A DNA stretch of 64,000 nucleotides from assembly GCA_041496705.1 (NCBI GenBank), contig JBGQFD010000002.1, forward strand, positions 17,938 to 81,937, read 5' to 3'. This stretch comes from Gammaproteobacteria bacterium. Its GTDB lineage: Bacteria > Pseudomonadota > Gammaproteobacteria > Burkholderiales > SG8-39. Position numbers and translations under genes: made by a program. How positions within the stretch are numbered: the stretch's first letter is position 1; each line of letters opens with the position of its first letter. The notes beneath the pieces were generated by a model, which saw only the letters and a list, made by a program, of their open reading frames with translations, was not told the DNA's origin and searched no databases. Shown here one piece after another: positions 56,419-64,000 of the stretch.

Positions 56419-58003
56419 GCAACTTGAATCTTTGGATCTTTCCCGTCGCCGTCTTGGGGAGCTCCGAAATGAATTCGATCCAGCGGGGATACTTGTACGG
56501 CGCGAGCTTGTCCTTGACGCTCTGCTGCAGCGCCTGCTTGAGCGCCTCGTTTCCCGCCCGGCCGGGCTTCAGCACCACGAAGGCCTTGGGCTTGATGAGT
56601 TTGTTCTCGTCCTCGGCGCCGACGACCGCCGCCTCGAGCACCGCCTCGTGCGATACCAGCGCCGCCTCGACCTCGGCGGGGGACACGTAGATTCCGGAGA
56701 CCTTGAGCATATCGTCAGACCGACCGCCGTAGACGAAATACCCGTCGCGGTCCTGGCTGTACTTGTCGCCGCTACGGGTCCAGCCTCCGGCGAAAGTCGT
56801 TCGGCTCTTGTCGCGGTTGTTCCAATACAGCGAGGCACCGGTCGGACCGCTGATCTGGAGTTCGCCCAGCTCGCCTTCCTTGACCGGGTTGCCCTGCTCG
56901 TCCACCAGGCGCAGCGCGTAGCCCGGCACCGCCTTGCCGGTGGTGCCGTAACGCACGTCGCCAGGGCGGTTGGACAGGAAAATATGCAGCATTTCGGTCG
57001 AACCGATGCCGTCCAGAATTTCCAGGCCGGTTCTTTCCTTCCAGGTCTTGGAGATGTGCGGCGGAAGGGCTTCGCCCGCGGAGACGCACAGGCGCAGCGC
57101 CAGGGTTTCCTTGCGCGGAAACTCCGGGTGAGCGAGCATCGCCGCGTAAAGCGTGGGCACGCCATAGAAGAGCGTCGGTTTCTTCTCGGTGAGACGTTTG
57201 AATACCGACGCGGGCGTGGGGCGCTCGGCCATCAGCAAGGCGGTGGCTCCGGTGGCAAGCGTAAAGGACAACGCATTTCCCAGACCGTAAGCGAAGAACA
57301 GCTTTGCTGCGGAGAAGACCACGTCGCTCTCGCGCAGCCCGAGCACGCCACGGGCATAGAGTTCGGCGGTCTCGACCATGCTCGAATGGACGTGTACCGT
57401 GCCCTTGGGCATCCCCGTCGAGCCCGACGAATACAGCCAGAAACAGGCGTCGTCGCACGTGGTGGGCGCGGGGGCAAACTGCCGATTGCCGCTCGCCAGC
57501 ACCTCCCGGAACGCGGTGTGGCCGCCCGCTGCGGAGCCCGAAACGATCACGTGCTTCAGGAACGGCAGCGCCGCGCGCTTTTCGGACAGCAACTTCGCGA
57601 ATTGCGGGAGCAGCGTCTCCGAGACGATCAGCGCCCGTGCGCGGCTGTCCGAGAGCATGTACTCGAAATCCCTGGGCGTGAGCAGCGTGTTCACCGCCAC
57701 GGGCACGATGCCCGCCTTGATGCTGCCGAGAAACGCCGTAGGAAAATCGATGGTGTCGGTGAGCGCGAGCAGCACCCGGTGCTCCATCTCCAGGCCCAAC
57801 GCCCGGAGCCCCGAGCCGAAGCGGTTGACACGCTCGGCGAGTTCACCGAACGTGTACTGCCCCGCGTCGTCGATGTACGCGAGCTTCGCGGCGCGGCCCG
57901 CGGCGAGATTGCGCTCGACGAGGTCGTACGCGGCGTTGTAGTCGCGGGGAATCCTGACTGCGGGCGGACTGGTCGAATGGTCGGCGCTGCTCAAGGACGT
58001 CAC
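56411..58003 (-). CDS. Benzoate-CoA ligase family AMP-binding enzyme
   Basis: AGGAGGAGG RBS and a GTG start. RIPRDYNAAYDLVERN..., the AMP motif WLYSSGSTGMPKG, and a C-terminal PKTATGKIQRFKLR. Confidence 0.9.
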   Translation of the reverse strand: MTSLSSADHSTSPPAVRIPRDYNAAYDLVERNLAAGRAAKLAYIDDAGQYTFGELAERVNRFGSGLRALGLEMEHRVLLALTDTIDFPTAFLGSIKAGIVPVAVNTLLTPRDFEYMLSDSRARALIVSETLLPQFAKLLSEKRAALPFLKHVIVSGSAAGGHTAFREVLASGNRQFAPAPTTCDDACFWLYSSGSTGMPKGTVHVHSSMVETAELYARGVLGLRESDVVFSAAKLFFAYGLGNALSFTLATGATALLMAERPTPASVFKRLTEKKPTLFYGVPTLYAAMLAHPEFPRKETLALRLCVSAGEALPPHISKTWKERTGLEILDGIGSTEMLHIFLSNRPGDVRYGTTGKAVPGYALRLVDEQGNPVKEGELGELQISGPTGASLYWNNRDKSRTTFAGGWTRSGDKYSQDRDGYFVYGGRSDDMLKVSGIYVSPAEVEAALVSHEAVLEAAVVGAEDENKLIKPKAFVVLKPGRAGNEALKQALQQSVKDKLAPYKYPRWIEFISELPKTATGKIQRFKLRA

Positions 58004-58138
58004 GTGACCCTCCTCCTTTCTTGGGGCTGCACGGCATTGTTCGCTCCCACGCGTGGAGCGTCAAGGCGCCCGATATCGAGGCCTCGGGCATAAGCGTGGA
58101 CGGGGAAACCCAACCCTCCTCGCCGCTGGCATTCTTCC

Positions 58139-58948
58139 TCAATCCGGTCCGGCGCGGACCAATCTGCGGTACTGCGCCATGTGTCGAATGGCCTGGCGCG
58201 GCCGATGAAGTTGCTCGCAGAGAAGCGCCAGGTTGTAGTGGCAGTCCGCGAGCAGCGGATCGCGGTGCAGGGCCCGCTCGTACGCTTCAAGCGCCTCGCT
58301 CGGCCGGCCGAGATCTTCAAGGAGCACGCCGAGGTTGAACAGCAGCAGCGGGTCGCTGCCGCACGCCGCGATGGCCTGGCGGTAGACCCCTTCGGCCTCG
58401 GCGAAACGCCGGCCTTCGTGGAGCAGCCGGCCCAGATTGAGCTGTGCGTCCAGGTTTTCGGGCTCCGCCGCGATCGCCCGCCGATAGGCCTCGCGAGCTG
58501 CGGCCGGATCCCTGCTTTCCAGCCCGAGGCCTTGCGCGAACCAGTCAGGCGGCGCTGGAACATGGCGCTCCATCACTCTCAGGTCGCCCTCGGCCGGATT
58601 CCCGCCGAACGCGAGCAGGTACTGCCCGGAATCGGCCTGCCAGCGGCTGGCCCCTTCCTTCACCACGACACGATCGCCTTCGGCGCTAATTGCCAGCCCA
58701 GACAGCGGCATGGTCCCTGGGAGATGCCGCCGCAGTTCCTTGAGCGAGCGCGCGATGCGTTTCGGCGGCACCTTGGCCACCGCCAGCGCCTGGGCGGTGC
58801 GCAGAACGATCAGATCCTGGAACGAGAAGAGGTAGGTTCTGCGCGGACCGCGCGCCGGCGTGACGAACCCGGCCTTAACCAGGCTATGGATCGTGCTGCG
58901 CGGCAGGCCGAGCAGCCGCTCGACGTCTTGCACGCCGTACTGGTGCAT
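58139..58948 (-). CDS. MerR-type HTH protein fused to TPR repeats
   Basis: The N-terminus YGVQDVERLLGLPRSTIHSLVKAGF is a MerR-like HTH. The C-terminus has about 4 TPR units (EAYRRAIAAEPENLDAQLNLGRLL...). It lies 23 nt after the Ku stop. Confidence 0.8.
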   Translation of the reverse strand: MHQYGVQDVERLLGLPRSTIHSLVKAGFVTPARGPRRTYLFSFQDLIVLRTAQALAVAKVPPKRIARSLKELRRHLPGTMPLSGLAISAEGDRVVVKEGASRWQADSGQYLLAFGGNPAEGDLRVMERHVPAPPDWFAQGLGLESRDPAAAREAYRRAIAAEPENLDAQLNLGRLLHEGRRFAEAEGVYRQAIAACGSDPLLLFNLGVLLEDLGRPSEALEAYERALHRDPLLADCHYNLALLCEQLHRPRQAIRHMAQYRRLVRAGPD

Positions 58949-58971
58949 GGCGGGCGGGACGGGCCTGCGGG

Positions 58972-59847
58972 CTACTTCCTTGCGGCCTTTTTCGCGGCAG
59001 GCTGGGGAGTTTCTGCCGCGCGCTTCGCCACCTTGCGCGTTTCAGCTTGCGCCTGCGGCGCACTCACCGGCGTCGATCTTTTCTCCAGGCTCGCGCGCAG
59101 CGCCTCCATGAGATCGATGACCTGCCCCGTGCCCTCGGGCTCCTCGGGCATCGTGATCTCCTGCCCTTCGACTTTCTTCTGCACCGCGGCTTCGATGCGC
59201 TCGCGCACGTCGTCCTTGTAGGCGTCCGGATCGAACTTCTCCGAGGCCTGCTGCTCGATTAACTGCTGGGCGAGCTTGAGCTCCGCGTCCTTCACTTCGG
59301 TCTTCGGGATCTCGATCTCCTTGATCGACCTGACCTCGCCGGCGTAGAGCAGCTGCTGCATGACCAGGCCGTCTTCCACCGGACGGATCATCACGATGTA
59401 CTGCTTGCCGCGCGCCGCCCAGCGGCCGAGCGCGCAACGGTTTGTCTCGCGCAGCGCCTTGGTCAGGAGCGCATAGGGCTTGGCGCCACCTTTGTCCGGT
59501 GCGAGGTAGTAGGCCTTGTCGAAGTACACCGGGTCGATCGAGTCGATCGGCACGAACTCCGCGATTTCGGCGGTGTGCGTGCCGGCCTCCTCCAGCGCCT
59601 TCAGCTCCTCGGGGGTGAACATCACGTACTGGTCCTTTGCGAATTCATAGCCCTTCGCCATGTCCTCGCGGGCGACCGCGACCTCTTCCTTCACGCACAG
59701 GTACTGCTGCTTGAGCCGCGATCCGCAGCCCTTGTGCAGCAGGTTGAACGAAATCGCGCGGCTCGCCTCGGTGGCGGAAAAAAGCTTCACCGGAATGGAC
59801 ACGAGTCCGAACGAAACCGTCAGCGATGCGATCGATCGAGCAGCCAT
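58972..59847 (-). CDS. ku: Ku protein (bacterial NHEJ)
   Basis: GGAGG RBS 5 nt before the ATG at 59847. SLTVSFGLVSIPVKLFSAT and a basic Lys/Ala-rich C-terminal tail. Confidence 0.9.
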   Translation of the reverse strand: MAARSIASLTVSFGLVSIPVKLFSATEASRAISFNLLHKGCGSRLKQQYLCVKEEVAVAREDMAKGYEFAKDQYVMFTPEELKALEEAGTHTAEIAEFVPIDSIDPVYFDKAYYLAPDKGGAKPYALLTKALRETNRCALGRWAARGKQYIVMIRPVEDGLVMQQLLYAGEVRSIKEIEIPKTEVKDAELKLAQQLIEQQASEKFDPDAYKDDVRERIEAAVQKKVEGQEITMPEEPEGTGQVIDLMEALRASLEKRSTPVSAPQAQAETRKVAKRAAETPQPAAKKAARK

Positions 59848-59980
59848 GCGAGCCTCCAATAGTCGGTCATTCCCAGGGCGGCGAGGGATCCGCTCATCGA
59901 TCTGCCCACGCAGAAGCGGATACTTCGCACTCCAGCTTCGAAATCCCGGTTAAGCCCTTGTTGTCAAAGGGGGGTCGATT

Positions 59981-62749
59981 CTACGCTTTCGCGCGCCCGA
60001 GCGCACCTTCCAGGCTCTGCTTGCGGCTCAAGGCGTCGCCCCAGCGGTCGCCCCCGGCCAGTCGCCCGGCGAAATTCGCGATCCTGAAATCGAGCGGGTG
60101 CGCCTGGGCAAGCTCTTCCCAGGTGAGCGGCATCGATATAGGGGCCCCGGGCGCGCCTCTCGGCGAGTAGGCGGCATTCAGGGTCTTGCCGCGAACGTTC
60201 ATGTTGTAGTCCATGAAAATCTTCCCGGTCCGCTTGGGAACGCTCCACTCCACGGTGACATCCTTCGGGTACTGGCGCACCAGATGCCGCCCGACCAGCT
60301 CGCTCACCTTGCGTGCCGCTTCGAAGTCGAGCGTGCGCTTGACGGGCACGAAGACGTGCAGCCCGGTCTTGCCCGAAGTCTTCACGATGGGTTCGAGTTT
60401 CATGCTCTGCAATACCTCGCGCAGGTGAAACGCGACTTCCTTTCCTTTCTCGAAGGCGACCGTGTTCAGCTCGGGCTCCTCTCCGGGGGCTTCCTTGCCC
60501 GAATAGATGTAGGGATCGATGTCGAATACGACGTAGTCGGGGTAGTTGAGCACCGAGCTCTCGAGAGCCGCGAGCGAGCTCGAAAAATCCGTGCTCGAGC
60601 TTGCGGCGTCCGAGCCCGGCTTCGCGCGCGAGTGCCAGACGTGGAACTCGAGCGTGCCCGACTGGGCGAGCCACAGAAGCGTCGCGAGGTTGTTGCACAC
60701 AAGGTAGTCCTGTCGCTCGTCCTTGTGCTCCGAGAAGATCGTGATCGATTCGGTGAACTCCGGCAGCTCGTGATCCCAGTGCTTCTGGTAGAAGCGCTCG
60801 CCGCCTATGCCCGCGGGCATCCGGATCATGGTGAGCGGCCGGTCCGCGAGGTGCGGGAGCATCAAGGGCGAGACCCAGGCGAGATAGCGCAGCAGGTCGC
60901 GCTTGGTCACCGCGGGCTGCTTGAGCGCAATGTCGGCGGGCCAATACACGCGATCCAGGTTGGTAAGCCGAATCTGGTGCGCGCCCACCGCGATCGGGAA
61001 AGCGGCCCTCTTGTTGTCGAGCTGCTGCAGAACCTGATCGACCGGCGTGTTGGCGGGCCGGCTCGCGGCGGCGACCTTGCGGTTGGGCTCTGTTCGCCGC
61101 ACGCTCTTCGGGTCGACATCCTCTCGCAGCCGGAGGAACACCGGGGCGCGAAGCATTCCATCGGCGGTCCACTCCTGGAATTTCACTTCGGCGACGAGCT
61201 CAGGTCTGACCCAGGTCGTCGGGCTGTGGAGATCGGGCTTTTCGTCGAAGGGACAATCGGTGATTTTCAGGGCGTCGCAGCGCTCCGTGACCTGCGCGAG
61301 GGTGCGCTCGTCGAATCCGGAGCCCACGTGCCCGCAATAGTGGAGCTTTGCCCCGCTCCAAGTGCCGAGGAGCAGCGCCCCGAGCGGCTCGCGCGAGCCC
61401 TTGCCACTCGTCACACCGCCGACGACGAACTCGCCGCTTTGCGTGGACTTGACCTTCACCCACGCCGCCGAGCGTCGGCCGGCCTCGTATCTTCCGTCCT
61501 TGCGCTTGGCAATGACGCCTTCGAAGCCGCTCGCGAGCGCCGCCTTGTAAAGCGCTTCGCCGTCCTCTTCGGCGTGGACCAGCTGAACGTGCGGAGTCGG
61601 AAGCAGGCACTGGGCGAGCCAGCGCCGCCGCTCTAGGTACGTCGCCCCGCGCACGCCGACCCCGGCGAAGTGCAGGAGGTCGAAGCAGTAGAGCACCACC
61701 GGCGTTTTCCGGTCGGCGAGCGCGATCTCGCGCTCCGTTTTCAGCTGGACGCGATTCTGGAGCTCGTTGAAAGACGGCCTCCCCGTCTCGTCGAAAGCGA
61801 CGATCTCTCCGTCGAGCACCATGCCCTTCACCATCTGCAGCGCGAGCTCCGAGACGAGCTGCGGGAACGAGGGCGTCAGATCGAGCCCGCGCCGCGAGCG
61901 GAGCTTGACCTCCTTGCCGTCGATGAATGCGAGCACCCGGTAGCCGTCGAGTTTCGGCTCCCACATCCAGTCGGCATGATTGAAGGGCGCCTCGCGCAGT
62001 TCGGCGAGCATGGGCGCAAGTTTGGCAGGCATCGCCTCCGGCTCGCCCGCGGGCGTGAGCCGCGCGGCCGGAATCCGGCGCACCGGCATGGCCTTGAGAT
62101 CCGCGACCGCCATGCCGGAGAGGACCGAGCGGTTCTGCACGGTCACGTCCGTTTCCGTCGCGAACCGGTCCTTGTGCTTGATGAGGAGCCAGTTCTTCTT
62201 GTCCGACATTCGAACCAGGGCAAACGAACCCTTCAGCTTCTCTCCGCGAAGGAGCACGCTGAGCTTGCCCTTTTCCAGTTCCTCCCTCACACGGCGCTCG
62301 GCCCCGGCCCGGTCGTGGAACCAGTGTTCGCTGCCCTCGTCGGGCGTGTACACGCCGCAATCCCAGACGATCACTTCGCCCGCGCCGTACTGCTTGGGCG
62401 GAATCACGCCCTCGAACGATGCGTACTCGTAGGGGTGGTCCTCGGTCTGCGCCGCCAGGCGCTTTTGACCGCGGTCGAGCGACGGGCCCTTCGGAACGGC
62501 CCAAGACTTGAGGACTCCGTCGCATTCGAGCCGGAAGTCGTAGTGAAGCTGGCGCGCCGAATGCTGCTGGACGACGAAGAGCAAGGGCCCCGTGCCCGGG
62601 GCGGGGGCAGGCGCGGGCGCAGGCTCGGGGGTCGCGTCGAATACGCGCTTTTCGCTGTATTCGCGCAGGGCCGCTTCAGCCCCCGCTGCCTGAACTCCAG
62701 CCTTGGCGGGACGACGGGTGCGTTTGATTATGGATGAGGGAGGAGCCAA
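59981..62749 (-). CDS. ligD: DNA ligase D (phosphoesterase - ligase - polymerase order)
   Basis: PE domain FVVQQHSARQLHYDFRLE. Ligase motif I EPKLDGYR. C-terminal primase-polymerase domain (VVFDIDP...GKTGLHVFVP). TTG start. Confidence 0.9.
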   Translation of the reverse strand: MAPPSSIIKRTRRPAKAGVQAAGAEAALREYSEKRVFDATPEPAPAPAPAPGTGPLLFVVQQHSARQLHYDFRLECDGVLKSWAVPKGPSLDRGQKRLAAQTEDHPYEYASFEGVIPPKQYGAGEVIVWDCGVYTPDEGSEHWFHDRAGAERRVREELEKGKLSVLLRGEKLKGSFALVRMSDKKNWLLIKHKDRFATETDVTVQNRSVLSGMAVADLKAMPVRRIPAARLTPAGEPEAMPAKLAPMLAELREAPFNHADWMWEPKLDGYRVLAFIDGKEVKLRSRRGLDLTPSFPQLVSELALQMVKGMVLDGEIVAFDETGRPSFNELQNRVQLKTEREIALADRKTPVVLYCFDLLHFAGVGVRGATYLERRRWLAQCLLPTPHVQLVHAEEDGEALYKAALASGFEGVIAKRKDGRYEAGRRSAAWVKVKSTQSGEFVVGGVTSGKGSREPLGALLLGTWSGAKLHYCGHVGSGFDERTLAQVTERCDALKITDCPFDEKPDLHSPTTWVRPELVAEVKFQEWTADGMLRAPVFLRLREDVDPKSVRRTEPNRKVAAASRPANTPVDQVLQQLDNKRAAFPIAVGAHQIRLTNLDRVYWPADIALKQPAVTKRDLLRYLAWVSPLMLPHLADRPLTMIRMPAGIGGERFYQKHWDHELPEFTESITIFSEHKDERQDYLVCNNLATLLWLAQSGTLEFHVWHSRAKPGSDAASSSTDFSSSLAALESSVLNYPDYVVFDIDPYIYSGKEAPGEEPELNTVAFEKGKEVAFHLREVLQSMKLEPIVKTSGKTGLHVFVPVKRTLDFEAARKVSELVGRHLVRQYPKDVTVEWSVPKRTGKIFMDYNMNVRGKTLNAAYSPRGAPGAPISMPLTWEELAQAHPLDFRIANFAGRLAGGDRWGDALSRKQSLEGALGRAKA

Positions 62750-62853
62750 GAGAACCTTCCCGCTATGCTTGGTCGACGCAATTCTAGGAGCAAACTCAAC
62801 ACCGCTGTTGGCGTGCTATCGTGGAGCGGTCGAACGGCACCAAGTATCTTCGC

Positions 62854-63564
62854 ATGCGCCTGCTGGCGGGAACGAGCGGCTTTTCCTACAAGGAATGGCT
62901 GGGCAAGTTCTACCCGGAGAAGCTCCCGGGAGACGCGATGCTGCGCTACTACGCCGAGCGCTTCGCGACGGTCGAGATCAACAACACGTTTTATCGCATG
63001 CCGGCGGAGGCGATGCTGTCCAACTGGGTGAAGGAGGTGCCCGCTCATTTCACCTTCACCCTCAAGGCGCCCCGCCGAATCACGCACGAAAAACGCCTGC
63101 GCGAAGCCGATCAGGACGTGGCCGAGTTCCTGCGGCGGGCGCAGGCGCTCGGGGACAAGCTCGGTGTGATCCTTTTCCAGCTGCCGCCTTTTCTCAAGAA
63201 GGACCTGCCCCGGCTGAAGAGCTTTCTCGCCCTGCTGGCGCCCGGCGCGCGCGTCGCTTTCGAGTTCCGCAACGAGTCATGGCAGGACACCGAAGTGCAC
63301 GAGACCCTTCGGGGCCACGGAGCAATGCTGTGCGTCACCGACACCGACCAAGGCGACACACCGTTCGTTTCCACCTCGGACCACGGCTACCTGCGCCTGC
63401 GGCGGACCTGCTACGACGACGCCGACCTGCGCGCCTGGGTCGGCAAGATCGCGGCGCAGCCTTTGACCCGCGCATACGTCTATTTCATGCACGAAGACGA
63501 CGCACTGGGCACTCGCTGGGCGGCGCGCCTGAACGAGCTGTGGCGCGAAGCGCAAGGATCGTGA
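62854..63564 (+). CDS. DUF72 family protein
   Basis: MRLLAGTSGFSYKEWLGKFYPEKL...VEINNTFYRMP. Divergent from ligD. Confidence 0.85.
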   Translation: MRLLAGTSGFSYKEWLGKFYPEKLPGDAMLRYYAERFATVEINNTFYRMPAEAMLSNWVKEVPAHFTFTLKAPRRITHEKRLREADQDVAEFLRRAQALGDKLGVILFQLPPFLKKDLPRLKSFLALLAPGARVAFEFRNESWQDTEVHETLRGHGAMLCVTDTDQGDTPFVSTSDHGYLRLRRTCYDDADLRAWVGKIAAQPLTRAYVYFMHEDDALGTRWAARLNELWREAQGS

Positions 63565-63583
63565 TGGTCGGGAACTCCGCCGT

Positions 63584-64000
63584 TCAATAGCCGACCGCGG
63601 CCCCGTCGCTGCGCGGATCGGCGCCGCCGATTCGCATCCCGGAGACGGGATCGATCGTGATTCCGTGCGCATGCCCCGCGAGCTCGCACCAGTCGGGCCA
63701 GCGATTTACGGCGTGCCCGCGCCGCCCGAGCTCGCGCAGCGTGGCCTCGGGGTAGCGTCCCTCGATGTTGAGCAGGTCGCGCGGCTCCCCAATGGCGAAG
63801 CGCCCGGACAGCCAGCGGGGCAATTCGAGCGTTTCCTGGATGTCGAAGCCGAAGTCGATCAGCCGCACGTAGCTCTGCAGGTGAATCTGCGGCTGGCCGT
63901 CGGCGCCCATGCAGCCCAGCACCTGCCAGGGCTCGCCGTCGCGCAGGGCAATCGACGCAATCAGCGTGTGCATCGGACGCTTGCCCGGCTCGAGCCGGTT
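63584..64000 (-). CDS. Gamma-glutamyltransferase family protein. Only the C-terminal part is present; the gene runs off the right edge.
   Basis: GCMGADGQPQ...GGADPRSDGAAVGY* is typical of the GGT small-subunit end. Confidence 0.85.
   Translation of the reverse strand, partial: NRLEPGKRPMHTLIASIALRDGEPWQVLGCMGADGQPQIHLQSYVRLIDFGFDIQETLELPRWLSGRFAIGEPRDLLNIEGRYPEATLRELGRRGHAVNRWPDWCELAGHAHGITIDPVSGMRIGGADPRSDGAAVGY

Overview
This is a high-GC bacterial chromosomal window: hand-counted 60-nt lines are about 70% G+C in ordinary genes and about 50% in one island. Gene content (orphan Bug/TctC binding protein, TAXI-TRAP transporter, many LysR/AraC-controlled catabolic operons) suggests a proteobacterium. 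That guess cannot be proven from the sequence alone. I call about 58 protein-coding genes. I see no rRNA, tRNA, CRISPR array, transposase or integrase.

Content from left to right:
- A fragmentary 3-hydroxyanthranilate pathway pair, followed by a type IB topoisomerase.
- A hydrolase operon.
- An AttH / FtsX-permease pair lacking its ATPase, directly preceded by a CHASE-PAS histidine kinase and a NarL-type regulator.
- A low-GC islet carrying a monocistronic gene. It fuses a GRDP/DUF1399-like His-rich domain to seven exact-period 12-aa 'W-C-A-A-A' repeats. This is the most unusual object here.
- A Liv-type ABC operon that lacks LivF and has a LolD-class ATPase in the LivF position.
- A roughly 3.6 kb tannase + AraC module bracketed by about 240-300 bp direct repeats of the amidase-3'/binding-protein-5' junction, which looks like a recombination scar.
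- An amidase-cupin-DUF2848 operon.
- A LysR-controlled aromatic-type catabolic island. It has two paralogous leaderless PBP-fold proteins, an extradiol dioxygenase, a TAXI-TRAP transporter and an FAD-monooxygenase/MTHFR-like/hydrolase/LLM operon.
- A peroxiredoxin, then a Bug/creatininase/dehydrogenase cluster.
- An Omp85-family protein whose signal peptide lies upstream of any canonical start codon.
- c-di-GMP signalling genes, CobB, and a benzoate-CoA-ligase-family gene.
- A LigD-Ku NHEJ operon with a trailing MerR-TPR gene.

All calls come from reading the supplied translations and DNA by eye. No database search was run.
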